Below the pieces are notes generated by a model, which was not told the DNA's origin, did not search any database, and was given only the letters and a program-made list of their open reading frames with translations. Made by a program: the position numbers and the translations under genes. This document shows positions 56,665-64,000 of a DNA stretch of 64,000 bases, one piece after another. Position 1 is the first letter of the stretch. Every line of letters starts with the position of its first letter. Origin of the DNA: the human T2T-CHM13v2.0 reference genome, Homo sapiens; assembly GCF_009914755.1 (NCBI RefSeq), contig NC_060930.1; one strand, written 5' to 3'.

Positions 56665-59550
56665 ATACTCCCACTCCCAGCTTGCACCTTGTTTGCTAAG
56701 AGGTCTGAGCCTTTAATCACCATGTGCTTCTCAGAGTGTAGCTGCTTTGATGACACATTTACCATCAAAATTGAGCAAGGAAATGAGAAGAAATACCCAA
56801 CCGGATCACTTGAATGTCAAATCTAGTTCTCCATGCTTTCATAACCAGTCCTAAGGCACATATATACATTCCTACCATTTCCATTCAAAATTTTATTGAA
56901 CATCCTATCAAGTAAAATAAGTCCAACATCCTCTTGGTTATGAGGATCAATGATCCCTGCTAATATGAAAATTTCTTCCTTGAAGGTCTCTTGTTAGAAG
57001 GAGCATGAAATGACCAAGTATCAGCCATAGCTTAAAGTTTAAAGAACTCTTATTTTGTCTACTTGTGGATATGTCACCTCTCTCAAAACCAGAAACTCTA
57101 AACCCACACAGGAAAAACAGATTGCCCAAGTGAATCACTGAGAATGATGATAAGGAGAACTTCCATTCCTTGGTTCTCAAACCTATTTACGTTTTGGAAG
57201 CATATTACTATATAATTGTCAATGTTATGGAGGGCATTCTGCATTTAAAATATGGCATCTCATCTTTGGAGGAAATATTCTCCAAACTGGCAACACAGCT
57301 GACCTCCATGAGACTCTTCTATCACTGGTTCAGGATGGAAGTTACTGGTTGATAAGATTTATGGTAAGACTAGTTGATTCTATGGTCGTGTAACCTCTAT
57401 CACACTTCTTTTGCTGTAAAGCGGATTGCCTAGTCCAAAGAGTTATTACGCATGATACTGTATTGCTGGTTCAAACACTTTGCCAGTTTTCTGATGTTGT
57501 ACTGGTTGAAGTCGTTCAAAAAGAAAAGGCAAACAAACCCATGCTTGGAATATGTATCAGATCCAGTCATGATAAATCACTGCCCCCTCCAGTGTGGAAG
57601 GTCTCCAATGTAATCAACTTATCATTGAATGGGTGGCAGATTTACTGGATAGGTAGTGCCTTATCAGAAATTCAGCAATGATTTCTGTGGCTGCCAGGTC
57701 ATTTAGCAATGAAAGGCAATATATTAGTCTTGGTGGTAATACACACCGTTTGGCCCTGGCTAAGCATCCATCTTTGCCTTCATCTCTACTTTATTTATAT
57801 CCTGACTGGTCCAACACTAGGAAGACCAATTGCAGAGGCTAGCTAGTGTTGACCCACCAAGTCTTTCTTCTGCTTGGTTGTATAATGCCTTTTCTGTGGT
57901 AGAAGCTCTCTGGTGGGCTAATGCCACCATATGTGATACAAATACTTTGTGCCCACTTTCAGAGTTTCCCATTTTTCCCCCTTTCCAAGCTTCCTTATCC
58001 GTGAGTTTCAAATGCTTTTCTTTCCAAATCTCTGACTAACCAGTCAAGCTTTCAACTGTGGTCCAATAATCTATAAATATTCTATCTGTGGGATATGGCA
58101 TATTAATGATGTTCACAAATTATTTGACACTACTCCCATTAAGAGGTGAATTTCATTTATTATTCTCTTGAATTTGGGCTGGCCTAAGTCTGTTTTGACC
58201 AACAGATTATGGGAAAGTCAATTCTACTCCAACTGTGGCTAGAAGTTTCTGGCCTAGTCACTTGTAGCCTGAGCTGCAATGGAAGAATTCCAAAGGCCCC
58301 AGAGGACAGGCTGCACTGATCATTTCAGTGATGTCCCTCTCAACAATCCATTGCTTTGGTAAGTGGAGTGTTCTTGCAGGCTTTCCCAGGGAATATAATC
58401 ATCTGGAAGGCTTTTGGGCTTGATGCCCTCTAGCATGCCCAATTCTCTAGCACTCTAGCATGCCCAATTCTCTGACCCTTTGGTTCCTTCTTCCAGCATC
58501 TCTTACTGCAGTTATGCATTTCTACTTTACTTTATCTAAGCCACTGTTTTCTCAAAACTCCCAAGGATCTTTGTGGCAATAAGTTAGTATCATAACCCAG
58601 GATCCTTGGCAAGGCATTAAAATATCATGGAAGAGGGCTTTATAGTGATAAAATTTATCTTCCTCATTCTTATGTCTCATCCTCCTTGATTCAGAGTCCT
58701 CAGGTTATTTTTCTGTATATACTTCCCTGGCTCCTGTTGCATATATTGGTTAGGTCCCACATTTGTTTGGTGTAGAGGCCCTTTTTCTCTTAGTAGTCTC
58801 AGCACTTTCTCAGCCAAGTTTTGTATTGAGTTACTGTTATTATTAGACTGGTATCCTAGAAAGGAAGTATAGGTAGATCCTGAGGGGATAATTTGTTTTC
58901 TAGAAAGGCAGAGCCTCTCCATGATATTCAAGAATTGTGTAAGCACTAGCTAGCTTTTAACAGGAAAAAGTAGGCCAATTTTGTAGGCCAAAAGGTCCAG
59001 GGAAATTCCAAGAATTTCTACTGCATCAATCCAGATGACTCCATTCTATGGCAAAATTCCAGTTTCCCAGCTCAGGGCCTTTACGTTGAAGTCCACACCA
59101 GATGGAGTTGAAAATGTAACATCACTTAGATTTCCCTTAATTTTAAGAATAACCTCTAAGCCTGATCACCCTTTTTCCCTTCTGGGTGTAGAAGATGTGT
59201 TATGCTGCCAAATTGGCTCTCTGTCTTTCACACTTAGCTTTTAACTGGTAATTAATCACACTCACCTTTTCTTCCCTTTCTCTAAAGCATCTACTGGCCC
59301 CAGCAATAGCCATCCAATTCCATATGGAGTTCTTATAGTTACTGTTTCTCTTTTACCTTTAAGTAATCCACTGTTTTTCACTGGTATCCCTTTTCAGTTT
59401 ACCACTACACTGAAAGTTTTAGTAATTGTATAATTATGTCGGGGTGGTCAGTGCTCCACCAAACCACCTCTAAAGAGGTCCTCGTTGCTGATCAATCTAA
59501 TTTCAAGACAACATTCTAGAATCTGCTTCCTTCAACCACTTCTGGTACCA
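56665..59550 (-). mobile_element. Ancient ERVL-class internal sequence (ERV3-16A3/ERVL-E-like), with an MLT1-like insert at ~58097-58340
   Basis: Degenerate pol-like sequence; the ORF at 57817-58011 (..VSHMVALAHQRASTTEKALYNQAE) resembles ERVL RNaseH 'VSHVNAHQR'. It ends in a PBS next to LTR16. Confidence 0.7.
59536..59550 (-). other. Primer-binding site, tRNA-Leu-like
   Basis: Minus strand reads LTR-CA, GC, then TGGTACCAGAAGTGG, typical of an ERVL Leu PBS. Confidence 0.6.
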
Positions 59551-59552
59551 GC

Positions 59553-60745
59553 TGTTGCAGGTCAGGTTTCCTGGGAAGCAGACTCTGAGATGGAGATTTG
59601 CATACCAGAAGTTTATTCAGAGGTACTCTTTGTTTGTTTTTTGCAGTACATTGTTGAGTTAGTGTTTTTTTTTTTAATTTAACTTTTAAGTTCAGGGGTA
59701 CATGTGTAGGTTTGTTATATAGGTAAACTTGTGTTATGGGGGTTTGTTATACAGATTATTTTGTCACCCAGGTATTAAGCCTAGTACTCATTAGTTATTT
59801 TTCTGATCCTCTTCCTCCTCTCACCCTCCACCCTCCAATAGGCCCCAGTATGTGTTGCTTCCCTCTATGTGTCCATGTGTTCTCATCAGATAGCTCCCAA
59901 TTATAAGTGGGAACATGCGGTATTTGGTTTTCTGTTCCTGCCTTAGTTTGCTAAGGATAATGGCCTCCGGATCCATCCATATTCCCGCAAAGGATGTGAT
60001 CTCATTATTTTTTATGTCTGCATAGTATTCCATGGTATATATGTACTATATTTTCTTTATCTAGTCTACCATTGATGGACATTTATATTGATTCCATGTC
60101 TTTGCTATTGTGAATAGTGCTGTGATAAACGTGCAAGTGTCTTCTTGGTTGAATACTGTATTTTCCTTTGGGTATACAGCCAGTAATGCAATTTCTGGTT
60201 GAATGGTGTTTCTGGTTTCAGGTCTTTGAGGAATCACCACACTGTCTTCCACAATGGTTGAACTAATTTACACTCCCACCATCAGTATTCCTTTTTCTCT
60301 GCAACCTCACCATCATCTGTTATTTTTTGACTTTTTAATAGTGGCCATTCTGACTGGTGTGAGATGATATCTCATTGCGGTTTTGATTTGCATTTCTCTA
60401 ATGATCAGTGATGTTATGCTTTTTTTTTCCATATGATTTTTGGCTGCATGGTATGTCTTTTTTGAAAAATGACTTCATGTTCTTTGTCCACTTTTTAATG
60501 GTTTTTTTTCTTGCACATTTGTTTACATTCCTTATAGATGGTAAGTATTAGACTTTGTCAGATGCATAGTTTGCAAAAATTTTCTCTCATTTTGTAGGTT
60601 GTCTGTTCACTCTCCTGAAAGTTTCTTTTGCTGTGCAGAAGCTCTTGCTTGTGGTGGAAGTGATGGAAGCAGAATTGGGCAGAAGAAGCTCTAGCACTAG
60701 CACAGCAAATCTGTCTTGCATTGAGGCAACGGTGCCAGATCAGCC
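59553..60745 (-). mobile_element. LTR16-like ERVL LTR split by an L1PA insertion (59553-59628 and ~60646-60745)
   Basis: GGTCAGGTTTCCTGGGAAGCAGACTCTGAGATGGAGATTTGCAT..AAGTTTATT; resumes GGAAGCAGAATTGGGCAGA. Confidence 0.75.
59665..60646 (-). mobile_element. 5'-truncated L1PA13-16-like 3' end
   Basis: TTTTAAGTTCAGGGGTACATGTG..GGTTTGTTA..TAGGTAAAC; ORFs 59821-60033 and 60061-60252 carry ORF2 C-terminal motifs. Confidence 0.92.
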
Positions 60746-62084
60746 AATATTTTATCTTTATGTTTATGTATATAATTAAGTATGAATTTATTTTTGATAG
60801 AGAAAATGGGACATAGGAAAGAAGAGGGCATTTTATAATGTTAAGTATCACTCAAAAAATGTTACACAGGTCATTAGGTCATTCGAACACCTGTTTTAGG
60901 CAAATACCTTTTTAGTTAAGATGGTTAGGCAGCTAGAATATTTTTATAATAAAAAAATCTGTTGATAGTTGAAGTAAAACTGCATATGACCTTTTCTCAA
61001 TACAAATATTGCCTCATTATGTAAAATTGCATATCCACAGAGAAGTCTAGATCTTTTTGCGCTTATCTAAGGAAATGGAAAATAACAAAAGGTTTTTGCC
61101 TAAGTCATCAACTTGGTTTTCACCAAGTGGTAGAGATATGTACAATAGTAAAGTGTATCTGCTTGCCTAGTGTACTACTCTGCACCTCATGTATATAAAT
61201 AAATACATGCAACTGAATATCTACATGTGATTTTCAATAGTTTATAAAAAGAAGAAAGGACAATATTCTATTTTATTCTTCATCATTGGTATGCACAGGA
61301 AGCATTGTGCTGCCAAAGAATAATGATTTAATTTTTTTCTTGTTATTCTGTCAATACAGCATCCAGTCCAATTAAAAAGCAGTTCTTTTCCTGTTAAAGA
61401 AGTCAGCATTCATGCTTTACTGTAGTGTTCAGCTCTCAGTTATCAATAGCTCTCTTGACATCTTATTAAATTGGAAAGGCTTTCAGACTCAAGATTAAAC
61501 AACATGTATGAATCTCTTTATATTATTTGAAATATACATTATGTTCACATAAACTATTATTTCTATTATCTTCATTTTGTATAGCACAAAATGAATTATA
61601 TAAATTATTATTACCAGGCCCTTAGAGACGGTTATTTTCTACAAAGAAAGTAGCCAGATAGAAAAAACATCAAATGTAAAATCACAAAAGAAAATGCCTC
61701 CAATCATAACAAACATGTTTTTTTCCAAGGAAGATGAAGCATATCAGTCATCAGCTATTCTCTACCAATGTATATGATATGTGGATAAATAAATAAATAT
61801 CTCCCCAATTTTATAAGATATATTTTTTCCTCCCAGATTCAGATAAATTGAATTAACTAAAAATAGATGTTCTTATTTAAATGATGTATCTAAGACTTAA
61901 GCCCAAGATATTGAAAACTATTTTTAGTAAAATGGAATTGGGGGATGTATCTTAAAAGCTGTAAGCAGAATTTGTAAAATAAATTGATGAGGCTTCTAGT
62001 CAAAGTGACATTGAAAGTTCATGGTTGGAGTGTTCCCTAATCTTCCAGCTCCAATCACTTACAGTACCCTTATTTATAATGGGA

Positions 62085-62879
62085 TTTTTAAAACTTTATT
62101 GGGGTATAATTTACATATAATAAAATGCACACATTTTAAGTGTAGAGTTTTGACAAATACATATATATACACACACATGTATATTCACACTTATCAATGT
62201 GACAAATAAGTTACAGAATGTTTTGTCACCTCTGAAAATACTTCTTTGTATCAATTACCAGCCAATCCCCAATCCAATCCTCATCCCTGGACCTAGAAAT
62301 TGCTGATCTACTTATTCTCTATCACTAAAGATTAGAATGATCTTTCTTATACTTTCATGCAAATGAGTCAACACAGTATATATTATTCTGTTATCTAATT
62401 TATTTTACTAAATGTAATATTTTTTAAGTAAACTTTTTACTTTAGGATAATTTTAAATTTACACAAAAGTTGCAAAGATACTACAAAGAGTTTTCACATA
62501 CCTGACAGCCACCTTCCCCTATTGTTAAAACCGTACATTAGTATGGTGTGTTTGTCACTCCTAATCAACCAATAATGAAACATTATTAACTAAAGTCCAA
62601 ATTTTATGCAGATGTCTTTATTTTTTGCCTAATGTCCTTTTATCTATTCCAGGATCCTTGTTAAGTTATCATGTCTCCTTAGGCTACTGTTGGGTGTGTT
62701 AACTTTCTCAGATTTTCCTTGTTTTTGATGACCTTAACAAATTTGAAGAGTACTGCTCAGATATTTTGTGGAATTTTTCTTAACTGGAATTTGTCTGAGG
62801 TTTTCTCCTCATAATTAGACTGTTTTTAGTGGTTCTGAGAGTAGAACCACAGAGGTAAAGTGCCATTTTCATCACACAA
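62085..62879 (-). mobile_element. Ancient L1M 3'UTR fragments (two nested ends, ~62085-62425 and ~62425-62879)
   Basis: CTTTATTGGGGTATAATTTACATA..ATAAAATGCAC and TTTTAAATTTACACAAAAGTTGCAAAGATA antisense L1M termini. Confidence 0.75.
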
Positions 62880-63295
62880 TATGGAAACAAAAGTGACTCC
62901 ATCTTTAGGCTGATCTGCCATGTTGACTTCTGATTAGCCCCAGTCCCCTGAATGCCTCCTGGTTTCTACTATATTTACTGTTCCTAGACTAAGAACAAAG
63001 CAATTTTAATGTTACTGCACAAACTAGAGGCTATGATGCATACAGCATTCTTGACTTTTCTGGAGGGTTGCCTTTAATTGTCTTGCACAGAACTTTCCTG
63101 TATCATACAGAAAGAATCTGAGGAGTAACAGTGTGGAGATCAAACTGTCTTCAGCCACCCAGACCAGGCTTCTGTCTGTAAGTTCCCCTAATCAATCACC
63201 CAAAACTGATAAACTGGATTCATTTGGCTCCTTTGGTTTCTTGGCTCCTTCAGCTTTTGGGGGCTACTGTGCATATAGGACCTTTTCACTGAACA
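62880..63295 (+). mobile_element. LTR47-like 5' LTR
   Basis: AAAAGTGACTCCATCTT...GCCATGTTGACTTCTGATTAGCCCCAGTCCC..GAATGCCTCCTGGTTTCTACT; ends CTTTTCACTGAACA. Confidence 0.8.
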
Positions 63296-64000
63296 AATGG
63301 ACAGCTAGCCAGGAGTCAGGTAACTAAAGTTTGGGAAAGAAGAAAGAAGCATCCATGGGGGAAATCCTAGGGGTTCCTCCTCCTCTATGTGGGGTGGTGT
63401 TGCCCATTTGCTAGATGCTTGTGGACTACAGTGTATGAGAACATGCCCAGAACATCAGAAGGTCTAGAAAGCTTGTCAGTAAAAAAGCAATATGATTCAT
63501 TGTGGTAAGAAAGTTCTTGGAGCTGTGACCCTGAGTTTGCCACTGTTATGATCTTGTGTGAGTGGCCACAGGTAACTGCTGAGGTGAGTGCAGGAAAACT
63601 GGAGAAAGAATTGCAGTGAGGAAAGGATATGAGAACTTCCACATCTGTGTTAGTTCTGGTTTGATGAATAAGCTTGAAACTCAGGAGGCACAGTTGGAAA
63701 CCTTAGCTTGCCACTCTGTATGTTTGCGAGGAAGAAAGCTGCACAGGCTGAAAGTGAAGATTGTCCTTGCCAAACCAAGCTCAGATGCATATACCTGGAA
63801 TTCCAGCAAACCAATTTGTGAGTGAGATGATGGCATAGAGGTTTACTCCAAGGAGGAAGATAATTATTCACTCCCCTTAAGAGCAAAACTGCTCATGCTG
63901 CAGAAAGCAAAATCCCAAAACATGCAGCACTCAGCAGGAATACTGGACATAGCAAAACCTTTTAAACAGCAGCCAAGAGAAATCTTAGCCACTATGGGAC
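63296..64000 (+). mobile_element. ERV internal leader / degenerate gag-like region (ERVL47-int-like), continues beyond window
   Basis: Directly follows LTR + PBS; candidate splice donor CAG|GTAACT at 63320; short broken ORFs. Confidence 0.6.
63298..63315 (+). other. Primer-binding site, tRNA-Arg(ACG)-like
   Basis: TGGACAGCTAGCCAGGAG versus TGGCGAGCCAGCCAGGAG (15/18), 2 nt after the LTR. Confidence 0.65.

Overview
Primate, almost certainly human, non-coding genomic DNA (intergenic or deep intronic). It is AT-rich and dominated by interspersed repeats: L1 of many ages, Alu (including a young AluYa4/Ya5-type copy), MaLR/ERVL/ERV1 LTRs (including a solo LTR12C and MLT2A), Tigger3, MIR, L2 and L3/CR1. 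I find no credible host protein-coding exon, structural RNA gene or CRISPR array. The long ORFs in the track are transposon relics or chance ORFs; the recognisable ones are a truncated L1 ORF0 homologue (124-306), a broken L1 ORF1 and L1 ORF2 fragments. I do not see a new gene system. The most unusual signal is mutational: three local templated insertions of ~65-190 bp, each copied from a donor 0.75-1.2 kb away into an unrelated transposon (2722-2916, 5391-5457, 37007-37191), plus several fold-back palindromes and micro-duplications. Repeat subfamily names come from recalled consensus sequences, not a database search, and boundaries of old repeats are approximate.
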